Part shown: piece by piece, positions 8,472 through 18,210 of the stretch | Position numbering within the stretch: the first letter of the stretch is position 1 | Layout of the letters: each line of letters starts with the position of its first letter | NCBI GenBank assembly: GCA_965217865.1 | Contig: CBDCJO010000002.1 | Location: 928,001-992,000, forward strand | Direction: 5' to 3' | Length of the DNA: 64,000 nucleotides | From: Candidatus Latescibacterota bacterium | Lineage (GTDB): Bacteria; Latescibacterota; UBA2968; SICM01 | Notes under the pieces: generated by a model | The model's input: the letters and a program-made list of their open reading frames with translations, nothing else | What the model was told of the DNA's origin: nothing | The model's database searches: none | Made by a program: the position numbers and the translations under genes

Positions 8472-10376
8472 ATGTGTGGGATTGCAGGTGCCATAAATTG
8501 GGGAGATCGAAATACATTACTCCGAATGGCCCAGGTCCTGGCACATCGGGGCCCTGATGATGAAGGGTTATGGGAAGAGCGATCTGTCGATGGCACCTGG
8601 GTGGGGTTGGGACATCGCCGACTCAGCGTGTTGGACTTAAGTTCGGCGGGCCACCAACCGATGTCAAATGAGGATGAACGGTTCTGGATCGTTTATAACG
8701 GGGAAATCTACAACTATCTTGACTTGAAGAAAGAATTGCTCCGGAACGGGCATCGGTTCAAATCCACCTCGGACACGGAAGTCATCCTGCATCTCTATGA
8801 GATGCACAAAGAGGGTTGTCTGGAGCATATCCGGGGGATGTTCGCAATCGGTATTTGGGATCGGAAGAAGTGCGAACTCTTCCTGGCGAGGGATCGGTTG
8901 GGGATCAAGCCCCTGTACTACACGGAGCAGAAAGGCCGTTTGCTTTTTGCCTCCGAGCTGAAAGCGATCCTCACACATCCGGAGATCAGTCGGGAAGTTG
9001 ATTATGAGGCATTAAACGATTATTTGACATACCTTTATATTCCTCCCCCCAGGACAATCTTCAAGGGCATTCAGAAGCTTCTCCCGGGACATTATCTTGT
9101 CTGGCGAGAAGGGAAGATCGTTCAAGAGAAACGGTACTGGGAAATCCCGAAAGGGACGATCGAGGGAGACGAAGGGGAACTGGTTGAACAGCTTCGGTCG
9201 CTTTTAGAGGAATCCGTCCGACTTCGGATGACCAGTGATGTTCCCCTGGGCGCTTTCCTGAGCGGCGGGATCGATTCAAGCAGTATCGTCGGGTTGATGG
9301 CCCAAGAGGCAGCCCAACCGGTCAAGACATTCAGCATTGGTTTCAGCGAGAGGGCTAGGTTGTATAATGAGTTGGGTTATGCACGTCGTGTCGCGGAGTA
9401 TTTTGGCACGGATCACCACGAAATCATTGTTGAGCCCGACGCCGCAAGTCTTCTCCCAAAGGTTGTAGAGGGATTCGACGAGCCGTTCGGTAATCCCACT
9501 GCATTTTTAGTCCATCTCCTGTCGGGGTTTACCAGGGAACACGTAACGGTTGCATTGGCAGGAGATGGAGGAGACGAAGTATTCGGCGGTTACCCCCGGT
9601 ATCAAGGAGCGGCTCTTTCGGGAATTTACAGGTTGGTTCCCAGTTGGGTTCGCAGGCTTACTTTCGAAACGGCTGCCAGGTATATTCCCGAATCATCCCG
9701 CGGAAGGCACGGATTAAGACGGTTCAGGGAATTCGCAGAAGGAAATCGACTGTCTCGGGAGGCTATGTACTCCAGCTGGGTGACATACTATTCAGAGGAT
9801 ATGAAGTCCTCTCTGTATTCACCAGAGGCTCAGAATAATATCGGGGGGAAGGATTCGTACGGTTTTCTGGAAGGACTATTCGATGAAGCAAAAACACGTG
9901 ACCGCCGTGAATTCTTCGATCAGATCACGGTTGTCGATTTGCTGTCATTCTTGCCCTGTAATCTTCTTGCATACACCGATCGGATGAGCATGGCCCATTC
10001 CCTGGAGGTCAGAGTCCCTTTTGTGGATCATAAGCTGGTGGAGTTTGTCACGAAGCTTCCCCATACCCTCCGGCTCAGGGGATTCCAAGGTAAGTACATT
10101 CTAAAGAGAGCTATCGGAGATCTCCTACCAAAGTCGATCTTAAAACGAAGAAAGTTGGGTTTCAATCCCCCGATGGGCGTATGGCTGAAAGAGGATCTAC
10201 AAGATCTCGTCAGGGATTGCCTCTCGGAGGATGTGGTTAGAAGAAGGGGTTACTTCAGGCCGGAGGCGATAGATTCTATGTTGGATTTATATTCTTCCGG
10301 AAAGCGGGACCTTTCGCTGCACATATGGGCACTGCTGGTACTCGAGATTTGGCATCGCACCTATATCGACAAATAA
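8472..10376 (+). CDS. asnB: Asparagine synthase (glutamine-hydrolysing) family amidotransferase, glycan-associated
   Basis: Ntn start MCGIAG, plus HRGPD, GHRRLS, NGEIYNY, FLSGGIDSS, GDGGDEVFGGY and EVRVPF. Confidence 0.93.
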   Translation: MCGIAGAINWGDRNTLLRMAQVLAHRGPDDEGLWEERSVDGTWVGLGHRRLSVLDLSSAGHQPMSNEDERFWIVYNGEIYNYLDLKKELLRNGHRFKSTSDTEVILHLYEMHKEGCLEHIRGMFAIGIWDRKKCELFLARDRLGIKPLYYTEQKGRLLFASELKAILTHPEISREVDYEALNDYLTYLYIPPPRTIFKGIQKLLPGHYLVWREGKIVQEKRYWEIPKGTIEGDEGELVEQLRSLLEESVRLRMTSDVPLGAFLSGGIDSSSIVGLMAQEAAQPVKTFSIGFSERARLYNELGYARRVAEYFGTDHHEIIVEPDAASLLPKVVEGFDEPFGNPTAFLVHLLSGFTREHVTVALAGDGGDEVFGGYPRYQGAALSGIYRLVPSWVRRLTFETAARYIPESSRGRHGLRRFREFAEGNRLSREAMYSSWVTYYSEDMKSSLYSPEAQNNIGGKDSYGFLEGLFDEAKTRDRREFFDQITVVDLLSFLPCNLLAYTDRMSMAHSLEVRVPFVDHKLVEFVTKLPHTLRLRGFQGKYILKRAIGDLLPKSILKRRKLGFNPPMGVWLKEDLQDLVRDCLSEDVVRRRGYFRPEAIDSMLDLYSSGKRDLSLHIWALLVLEIWHRTYIDK

Positions 10377-10436
10377 TAGTAACACCGTTCCTACTATTCT
10401 TTTTAAATCAAACAACTCAATAGGGCTTTATTCAAG

Positions 10437-12464
10437 ATGCCAGCAACCCCCTCCTCTCATTCGAAAAGATGGTGGCAATTCCTTCTCCTCTATTTTCATA
10501 CGCTTCGTTACCTCCGCCCTTCTCAGGTTGTATACAAACCCGTATTCATGGCAAAATATTTTCTTTTTAACCGCCATCCGCAGATGTGGGGAAAGATTTA
10601 CTCCTGCCGCTTTGGTTCGGATCCCAGATCTCCTGATTTGAACAATATGCACTTTCTTCGAGGGCTCCGTGAGCAAAATTCATATCCCCCTTTCCGGGAT
10701 AATGCGTGGAATTTAAGGCAGGCAGAAAAACTGCTTCAGGATGAGTTTCACTTCCTGAATCGCTCTCACCGATTTAACGGAACGATAGATTGGGAATACC
10801 GGGGGATCAACCTTCTCTGGTGCTATCAGCTTCACTATTTCAACTACGCATGGAATCTAGGTGTGGCCTATCTCGAGAATAATGACCGGAAATTTTATCA
10901 AAAATTCAAGACCATAGTCGAAAGCTGGATCGAACAAAACCGTCTGGGCAAACTCGACGGTTGGCATCCCTATACCATATCCCTCCGCGCCGTAAACTGG
11001 ATTTATGCTTACGAAATGTTCCAGTCGGAGATGATGCAAGACGATAAATTTCTGCATAAGTTTCTTCGATCGCTTTATACGCAGCTTGATTTCCTTTTCC
11101 ACAACCTTGAATACCAAGGTTATGGAAATCACCTTTTGGCCAACATAAAAGCTTTGATCTTCGGAGGTCTCTTTTTCAAAGGAATAATTCCCGAGCGATG
11201 GCTTCGGACGGGCGTAAGGCTGTTGCATCAGGAGATAGATGAGCAGATTCTGGAAGACGGAGGGCACTTTGAACGGAGTCCAATGTATCACCTTATCGTC
11301 ATGAAGGACTTGATGGAATGCTTTATTGCCTTGAGAAACGAAGGTCAACCGGATTATCCCTGTCTGAAGAGGGCAATCGGGGACATGGCCGATTTTGCCG
11401 AGGGGATCCGCCAACCGGATGGACGCCTCCCACTTTTGAACGATTCGGCATATGATCTGATGCCGAACCCCAAAGAACTGATTGGGATGGCAAGAAATAT
11501 TTGTGAAAATGAAAATATTTCAGAAGCGCAAAGTTTTTCAACCCTGCTTTTAGGCCATGTGAAAACGGGTCTGGAACAAATACCGAAGCACGATAAATCC
11601 CGATCCGTGGCGTTGAAGGATTCAGGATATTTTGTTATGCGAGGGAATGGATCATTTTTGATCCTTGATTGTGGGCCTGTGTGCCCCGACTACCTTCCTC
11701 CCCACGGCCACGCGGATACATTGAGTTATGAATTTTGGTTAAACGGTGTCCGGATGATTACGGACAGCGGTGTTTACGAATACACGGCAGGGGAATGGCG
11801 AGACTTCTTTAGAAGCACGCGGGCACATAATACCGTGGTTATTGATGGGGGAGATCAATCTGAAGTTTGGGGAAGTTTTCGGGTCGCCAGGCGAGCCTAC
11901 CCCCGGGATTTGATCTGGATCACGACAGATGAAATGGATTATTTTTCCGGTGGACATGATGGCTATCAACGCTTGGCCGAACCCACATTTCATCACAGGC
12001 GGGTATTGGGGCTTAAGGACAAGTTCTGGGTAATCCTTGACCGGATTTCTGGCAGGGGCATTCACCGGGCAGACAGTTTCATCCACTTCCATCCCGATGT
12101 ATCGGTCGATTTATCCACCCCAGGACAACTCAGCGTATCCTGTAACCAACAGAAGATGACGGTATTCGCATTTGACTATGATAAAATCGGTTTTTTCTCA
12201 GGCCAGGTCGACCCTGTTCAAGGGTGGTACTCTCCGGAGTTCGGTCTTAAACAGTCAAGGCAGACTTTTTGTCTGACGAGGGTATGTCCGACTCCCTTTT
12301 TTGTTGGGTATATCCTGGCCTCGGGGGAAGTCTCCCAGGCGGAGGTCTTTTATGAGTTGGAAGAAGCGGCTGAGCGGTATACCGTGAGGATAGATGATTC
12401 ACGATGGTTGATTGATATAAGTATTAACGAATCCAATCTCAGGGTTAAGGAACAAGCCGCATAA
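10437..12464 (+). CDS. Heparinase II/III-like protein (capsule-cluster type)
   Basis: Motifs WHPYTISLR, GNHLLAN, DGGHFERSPMYH, HGHADTLS and RSTRAHNT. Confidence 0.88.
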   Translation: MPATPSSHSKRWWQFLLLYFHTLRYLRPSQVVYKPVFMAKYFLFNRHPQMWGKIYSCRFGSDPRSPDLNNMHFLRGLREQNSYPPFRDNAWNLRQAEKLLQDEFHFLNRSHRFNGTIDWEYRGINLLWCYQLHYFNYAWNLGVAYLENNDRKFYQKFKTIVESWIEQNRLGKLDGWHPYTISLRAVNWIYAYEMFQSEMMQDDKFLHKFLRSLYTQLDFLFHNLEYQGYGNHLLANIKALIFGGLFFKGIIPERWLRTGVRLLHQEIDEQILEDGGHFERSPMYHLIVMKDLMECFIALRNEGQPDYPCLKRAIGDMADFAEGIRQPDGRLPLLNDSAYDLMPNPKELIGMARNICENENISEAQSFSTLLLGHVKTGLEQIPKHDKSRSVALKDSGYFVMRGNGSFLILDCGPVCPDYLPPHGHADTLSYEFWLNGVRMITDSGVYEYTAGEWRDFFRSTRAHNTVVIDGGDQSEVWGSFRVARRAYPRDLIWITTDEMDYFSGGHDGYQRLAEPTFHHRRVLGLKDKFWVILDRISGRGIHRADSFIHFHPDVSVDLSTPGQLSVSCNQQKMTVFAFDYDKIGFFSGQVDPVQGWYSPEFGLKQSRQTFCLTRVCPTPFFVGYILASGEVSQAEVFYELEEAAERYTVRIDDSRWLIDISINESNLRVKEQAA

Positions 12465-12521
12465 ATATTGACATTACAATCAGATAGGCTCCACACAACG
12501 TAACAGGCCTGGGTTGAAATC

Positions 12522-14051
12522 GTGACGCATTCATTCAAATTACCTCATTTATTGATCATTGTTGTGGGATTGTTTCTGTTGGGAATTGGTCTATTTCAGG
12601 ATTTTCCCGATTTGTTGAACTGGTACTATGACGATTCATTTTTTTATTTTAAGATCGCCCAAAATGTCGCCCATCATGGCGTTTTTTCATTTGACGGGAT
12701 AAATTTGACAAATGGATTTCATCCCCTCTGGCTTCTGACCCTTGTTCCTCCAATGTACCTTCTTGAAGGTAGTTCCCCCGAGGTTATCACCCGGATTCTC
12801 TTTCTGGGTGAGTCCGGGCTTCTGATTGTTACGCTGGTTCTTCTGAACAGGATATGCCGGAAAATCTTCAATCGTGATCGTTATGCCGGTTTTTTGTCAT
12901 TGTCTTTATATCTTTTCTTGACAGGGCTTGATAGCTATGGCCAAGAGGCCCATCTTTATGGATTTTTATGTGTGCTGCTCCTTTCAATTCTGCAATCAAA
13001 AAGCGAGTACCATTATAAAGAGGTTGTCTCAATTGCCTGCCTTGTGTGTTTGTTGTTTCTGACACGGATTGACTCTTTAATATTTTTCTTCCCCGTTTTT
13101 ATATTTATTTCCAATTTTAAAACAAGGTCCAAAATTGAATTTCGGCAACACGTTACTGTATATATCTTAGTCTTCGCCGTAATCCTCCTCTATTTCGGAA
13201 TTAACATATGGGTATTTGGACACATAAAGACGATATCAGCACATTTAAAGACCAACTGGGATATTGGATCCAATATCAATAGTTATAAATTATGGTTTTT
13301 CTGTTATAATGAGAAAGTTCTGGCATCGTGGTTGATGGCGTTACTTGGCCTGGTATTCTATTTCAGGCGGTTGCCAGGATACATAATCATCTTGTGTGCT
13401 GGCGTGATCACGTATTACCTATTACTCGTCCTGTTCAACACAATCGCTATTGGATCCTGGTATCTTGTCGTTCCTTATACGCTTACCTCTATTTTATTCG
13501 TAATGTTGACAAAAGATGTATATACGTATTTCAGCCGACGCATCGGTATTTTAAAAAAGGTCAATCCATGTTTGATCTTAGCTGTTTTTGTGATCGCCTT
13601 TATGATCGTGCACTTCATAATACCTCTAAGGTTAATTCCGATGAGAGGAAGATCAGATGGATATCGGATTGCTATAGATTTGAGACGCTTTGATAAGAGA
13701 AGCACTTTATATTCAGTCAATGGCTGCGGTATTATGTCATTCTTTTCTGAGAGAAGGATTATTAATGGTGATGGATTGGTTAATAACTTCGAGTATCAAA
13801 ATTATTTAAATGGGAAAAAATTGGAGGAATACTTTAACCAGCAAAGGGTTGAATATTATATCGAATATTTCTTTGAAAATAAGCAACGATATGATGGTGC
13901 ATTTCACAATTTAATGGTTTCATCCAACTACGCGCCAGACATGGCGACCTTCACTACTGGCGGAAATTCGTTAGAGTTCAAACCCAACCAATTGGTGTAT
14001 AATAGAAATAACGCTCTGATTTTCAAACTTGATCATGGCATCCTTCATTAA
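12522..14051 (+). CDS. Polytopic membrane protein, probable GT-C glycosyltransferase (AT-rich)
   Basis: DDSFFYFKIAQN...SFDG...TNGFHPLW after TM1, LTRID, about 11 TM helices and a C-terminal DGLVN. Confidence 0.7.
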   Translation: MTHSFKLPHLLIIVVGLFLLGIGLFQDFPDLLNWYYDDSFFYFKIAQNVAHHGVFSFDGINLTNGFHPLWLLTLVPPMYLLEGSSPEVITRILFLGESGLLIVTLVLLNRICRKIFNRDRYAGFLSLSLYLFLTGLDSYGQEAHLYGFLCVLLLSILQSKSEYHYKEVVSIACLVCLLFLTRIDSLIFFFPVFIFISNFKTRSKIEFRQHVTVYILVFAVILLYFGINIWVFGHIKTISAHLKTNWDIGSNINSYKLWFFCYNEKVLASWLMALLGLVFYFRRLPGYIIILCAGVITYYLLLVLFNTIAIGSWYLVVPYTLTSILFVMLTKDVYTYFSRRIGILKKVNPCLILAVFVIAFMIVHFIIPLRLIPMRGRSDGYRIAIDLRRFDKRSTLYSVNGCGIMSFFSERRIINGDGLVNNFEYQNYLNGKKLEEYFNQQRVEYYIEYFFENKQRYDGAFHNLMVSSNYAPDMATFTTGGNSLEFKPNQLVYNRNNALIFKLDHGILH

Positions 14052-14165
14052 TTATTGCCTTTCGTTTAGACCATTTGAAACAATAAAAAACTCCCCTTGG
14101 TTAATAATTCTTTGTGGTTCTGAGAATCTCCCATAGCTTTAAAAGGTTCCATTCCATACAAAAAA

Positions 14166-15050
14166 ATGGCATCTCAAAGTCTTTATCTCTTTAAGGCCAT
14201 GCGGCCGCACCAGTGGACCAAAAATCTGCTTTTGTTCGCAGGGGTCCTGTTTTCCAAGCACCTGTTTGAATTCGAAAAACTTTTAGTAGCCTCCGGAGCT
14301 TTTGTCGTCTTCTGTCTGGTCGCGGGGGGTATCTATATCTTCAACGACTTGCTTGATCTCGAACAGGACCGGAGGCATCCACTCAAACGAGGACGGCCTT
14401 TGGCTTCGGGTTTGCTTAAGCCATCGGTCGCCCTTGTTGGAAGTGGCCTCGCTCTTGCAATCGGGCTTTTGGGAGCGTTTCGCCTGAGCTTTTCCTTCGG
14501 TGGAATGGTCGGTATCTATTTAGTCCAAAATCTTCTATATACCAAGTTTCTCAAGAACATCGTGATCATCGATGTGATGATGATCGGGTTCGGTTTTGTT
14601 CTGAGGGCTGTGTCGGGAGCGGTGGTGGTGGATGTCGAGGTTTCTTCGTGGCTGATATTGTGCACGTTTCTCCTGTCATTGTTCCTAGGTTTTAGCAAGC
14701 GACGACAGGAACTGGTGAAACTTGGTGAAGGAGGCGAGGAACATCGCCCCATTCTTGCAGAATACAGCCCGCACTTCCTGGATGTCATGATCAGCATCGT
14801 TACCGGAGCAACGATAATGTCTTATGCGCTCTACACGATGTCGGAACAGACAATCCAGAAATTTCAAACGTCCCGCCTCATCCTGACGATCCCTTTCATC
14901 ATCTACGGTATCTTTCGATACCTCTACCTGATGTATAAACAGGAGAAGGGGGATAACCCCACGAAGATTCTGCTCACAGATTTGACGATACAGTTAGACA
15001 TCTTTCTCTGGATCGTAGCGGTGGTCGGGATTATTTATTTGCGAATATAG
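14166..15050 (+). CDS. UbiA-family decaprenyl-phosphate phosphoribosyltransferase
   Basis: Motifs MRPHQWTKN, YIFNDLLD.E.DRRHP.KR.RPLASG, GFVLRA and KRRQE. Confidence 0.9.
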   Translation: MASQSLYLFKAMRPHQWTKNLLLFAGVLFSKHLFEFEKLLVASGAFVVFCLVAGGIYIFNDLLDLEQDRRHPLKRGRPLASGLLKPSVALVGSGLALAIGLLGAFRLSFSFGGMVGIYLVQNLLYTKFLKNIVIIDVMMIGFGFVLRAVSGAVVVDVEVSSWLILCTFLLSLFLGFSKRRQELVKLGEGGEEHRPILAEYSPHFLDVMISIVTGATIMSYALYTMSEQTIQKFQTSRLILTIPFIIYGIFRYLYLMYKQEKGDNPTKILLTDLTIQLDIFLWIVAVVGIIYLRI

Positions 15051-15096
15051 CTAAAAGGGGCAAGGAAGCATCGCGCCGCTTCGAAAAGAGATCAGA

Positions 15097-16350
15097 GTGG
15101 ATATCCTGTTCGTTTCCCAATATTTTCCACCGGAGACCGTCGCGCCGGCAATCCGGACCTATGAAATCAGCAAAAACTGGGTGAAACACGGGCATTCGGT
15201 GATGGTGCTTACAGCGTTTCCCCATCATCCGGCGGGAACGATATTTGAGGGATATCGGGGGAGGGGATTGCTCCGCGAAAGCGTCGATGGGATTCGGGTG
15301 ACCCGATCGTATGTGTATGCGACGGCGAATCAGGGGTTCACAAAAAGGACATTGAGCTATATCTCCTTTATGTGCTCAGCAATTTTGGTGAGCCCCTTTT
15401 TGAGAAGCTCCCCACAAGTCATCGTTGCGACATCGCCTCAGTTCCTCGTGGGGGTTGCGGGTTACATCATCAGCAGGTTGAGAAGAATTCCTTTTGTTTT
15501 TGAGGTTCGAGACCTCTGGCCGGAATCGATCATTGCCGTTGGGGCCTTGAGAAACCCTCTAATTATTCGTATTTTGACGAAAATTGAGTATTTTTTATAT
15601 ACCCAAGCTTCCTTAATTATTGGTGTCGCGGAGTCCACCCGGAGGATTCTGGTCAGCAGGGGTGTTTCTTCCAAAAAGATTGAAATTGTTCCGAATGGTG
15701 TGGACCGGGGCCTGTTTTGCTCTAAAACGGATGGGTTGGAGGTACGTCGAAGGTATAAAATCGCGGGAAAATTTGTGGTTTCATACATCGGAACTCACGG
15801 GATGGCCCACGCCCTCCACCGGGTCCTGGAGGCGGCGGATCTTCTCCGGGAGGAGAAAAATATCCATTTCCTTTTCGTCGGAGAAGGTGCGGAAAAAGAT
15901 GGATTAATCAAATACGGCAAGTCCCTTGGGTTAGAGAACTTGACGTTTACCGGAAGGCAAGCGCACCATATGATCCCGGCATTTTTGAATGCGTCGGATG
16001 TTTCTCTGGTTCATCTCAGAGATGCCCCATTGTTTTCGTGTGTCCTTCCTTCCAAGATGTTTGAGATTATGGCCGCAGGACATCCCCTCATCCTGAGCGT
16101 CCGGGGAGAGGCAAAGGAGCTTGTGGAGAAAATTAATGCCGGGCTGTGTGTTGAGCCAGAAAATCCGATACAGCTTCAGGAGGCAATTCTTCGGCTCCAC
16201 CGAGATAAAGAGTTGAGGAGATGTCTGGGAGATAACGGCCATCGATATGTGATGGCAAATCATTCCCGAGAGGGTTTGGCCTTGAAATATGAGCGACTTC
16301 TCACCAGGTTAACTGAGGGATTCCCATACGGGAAAAAGATGGTTTCCTAA
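15097..16350 (+). CDS. GT4 glycosyltransferase (WbuB-like)
   Basis: Motifs SQYFPPE, ATSPQF, FEVRDLWPES, YIGTHG.AH and PSKMFE.M. Confidence 0.9.
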   Translation: MDILFVSQYFPPETVAPAIRTYEISKNWVKHGHSVMVLTAFPHHPAGTIFEGYRGRGLLRESVDGIRVTRSYVYATANQGFTKRTLSYISFMCSAILVSPFLRSSPQVIVATSPQFLVGVAGYIISRLRRIPFVFEVRDLWPESIIAVGALRNPLIIRILTKIEYFLYTQASLIIGVAESTRRILVSRGVSSKKIEIVPNGVDRGLFCSKTDGLEVRRRYKIAGKFVVSYIGTHGMAHALHRVLEAADLLREEKNIHFLFVGEGAEKDGLIKYGKSLGLENLTFTGRQAHHMIPAFLNASDVSLVHLRDAPLFSCVLPSKMFEIMAAGHPLILSVRGEAKELVEKINAGLCVEPENPIQLQEAILRLHRDKELRRCLGDNGHRYVMANHSREGLALKYERLLTRLTEGFPYGKKMVS

Positions 16351-16378
16351 CCTGGGATTCAATGGTTGTTCCAAAGTC

Positions 16379-17422
16379 ATGATGCACCCATTTCTGTATA
16401 CATTTCTAATTGCGCTGACCATCTCCCTTTTGGTCACTCCACTCATGCGGGTCTTGGCCTTAAAGGTTAAGATGGTCGACCTTCCAAACGCCCGAAAGAT
16501 CCACAGCCGGCCGGTTCCATATCTTGGAGGCGTGGCCATCAGCTTGGCCTTCGTATTCAGCATCCTGATCGGACAACGGTTGTTCCAGGGGTTTCAAACC
16601 TTTCAATCCCTGTATTCCATCTTATTGGCGTGCGGGGTCATCGTTCTCCTGGGGTTATACGATGATCACAGGGGATCATCCGCATGGATCAAAGTTATCT
16701 TCCAGTCAACGGCTGCCATCATCGTTATCAACGCCGGGATTCAGATCGATATGATCAAGATCCCTTTTTTTCAATACATCCATCTGGGACTCTGGAGTTG
16801 GCCGGTCACTTGCCTCTGGATCGTTGGCCTATGCAATGCCGTCAACCTCATCGATGGGTTGGACGGACTGGCAGCTGGAGTTGCCATGATCGCGTCCTTT
16901 TCCCTTTTCGCCACCTCAATTCGGTGGGGCGAGATTGAGGTTGCTTTGCTCTGCATCGCTATGGCGGGAAGTTTGCTAGGGTTTTTGCGTTACAATTTTC
17001 ATCCTGCACGTATCTTCATGGGGGACGCCGGTGCTCTCCTGCTTGGATTCCTCCTGGGGGTTCTGAGCATCATGGAAGGATCTAAAAGCACATCCGCCAT
17101 CGCCGTTCTCATCCCCATTACTGCCCTTGGGATACCCATCCTGGACACCGGAGTAGCCATACTCCGCCGCCTCCGAAAGGGGGATCCCCTTTTCGTGGCA
17201 GACCAGGAGCACCTCCATCATCATCTGCTCCATATCGGGCTATCCCATCGTCAAGCCGTCATTCTAATATACCTGGCGTCCATTTACCTCGGCATCCTTT
17301 CCTTTGCGATGACATTCCTCCTTCCCGACCTGCGTGCGGTTATCTTCGTCGTCATGGTCGTGAGCGGGACGCTGGTTGTAAGGCGGTGGGTAAAATTGTA
17401 TCAAGCTTCGTTGAACAGGTGA
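16379..17422 (+). CDS. wecA: Undecaprenyl-phosphate GlcNAc-1-phosphate transferase (WecA/TagO)
   Basis: Motifs RKIH..PVPYLGG, GLYDD, NAVNLIDGLDGL, YNFHPARIFMGDAG and HLHH. Confidence 0.88.
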   Translation: MMHPFLYTFLIALTISLLVTPLMRVLALKVKMVDLPNARKIHSRPVPYLGGVAISLAFVFSILIGQRLFQGFQTFQSLYSILLACGVIVLLGLYDDHRGSSAWIKVIFQSTAAIIVINAGIQIDMIKIPFFQYIHLGLWSWPVTCLWIVGLCNAVNLIDGLDGLAAGVAMIASFSLFATSIRWGEIEVALLCIAMAGSLLGFLRYNFHPARIFMGDAGALLLGFLLGVLSIMEGSKSTSAIAVLIPITALGIPILDTGVAILRRLRKGDPLFVADQEHLHHHLLHIGLSHRQAVILIYLASIYLGILSFAMTFLLPDLRAVIFVVMVVSGTLVVRRWVKLYQASLNR

Positions 17423-17714
17423 GTTTGACAAAAGCCGGCAAAAAACAACCAATCATTTTCCCCAAATGATGGGTCGGGCAAGTCAAGACCATTCCTCCCC
17501 AACTCCCCCTTTTCTCGCCGGACAGGAAATATTTTCACAGTCCGGGATCTTTTCTCAAACGATTCAACTGCAACCGGGGTCACTCGGCCTACCATTTTCC
17601 AGTCTGAAACAAACCCAAATTCACGCGTTTGCCGCAGCAAAAGGCAGATTCAGCAATGAGCTTGTGTTATCGAGCTCCACCAATCCTAAAAAGTGCTTAA
17701 CCTCTGGTTTCATA

Positions 17715-17730
17715 TGGCACATGCATTGCT
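17715..17730 (+). promoter_or_regulatory. Sigma54 (-24/-12) promoter
   Basis: TGGCAC-ATGCA-TTGCT with canonical GG...GC spacing. An imperfect palindrome TTTTCCAGTCTGAAACA (17595-17611) lies about 105 bp upstream and may be an activator site. Confidence 0.7.
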
Positions 17731-17825
17731 TTTTCATACGATGTCGGATTTGTTCTGAATGAATAAGGGATTTCCCCCTGGGTCTGACTCCTAAGTGTGG
17801 TATCAAGCGAAGAAAGGAAAGGAAT

Positions 17826-18044
17826 ATGGATCTCAATTGGGTCTTTTATGCTGTCGTCCTATTTGTGGTCGGGGGGAGTTATTTTTTTAACGCAATCGCA
17901 AGCCGGATTCAGATCGGGCGATCCAAGACCGAACATATTGCTGTTGCACCTCTCCAAAACAAATCACCTTCAAAAGAAATCCCCTTGGTCGACCCATTTC
18001 CCCATCTCTCCTCGCCTAAACCGCTTTCCTCGGTTCAGTCTTAA
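17826..18044 (+). CDS. Small hypothetical protein with an N-terminal TM helix (72 aa)
   Basis: Purine-rich RBS (GAAAGGAAAGGA) before the ATG; hydrophobic WVFYAVVLFVVGGSYFF; lies downstream of the sigma54 promoter. Confidence 0.55.
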   Translation: MDLNWVFYAVVLFVVGGSYFFNAIASRIQIGRSKTEHIAVAPLQNKSPSKEIPLVDPFPHLSSPKPLSSVQS

Positions 18045-18210
18045 ATCTTCCAGTGATATTGCGTGAAAATTGTGAGTTTCCGCGTGCCAAGGAGCTGGCC
18101 TCGCTGTATATTTGTGGATGTATGGTGATGTAATTGCTGGCATCTTCGCCGCCACCTTCCTAAAACGCTTTCTAATTCGAGTTCCAGACAAGATTTTCTG
18201 AAAGATCTCA

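Noticed and set aside
16379-17422. Possible replacement for the missing mraY
   Set aside because: The motifs (RKIH..P.P..GG, YNFHPA.IFMGD.G, D..HLHH) and glycan-cluster context fit WecA/TagO rather than MraY.
17466-17762. 98-aa ORF in the wecA to ATP-grasp gap
   Set aside because: No RBS, non-protein-like composition, and it overlaps the sigma54 promoter.
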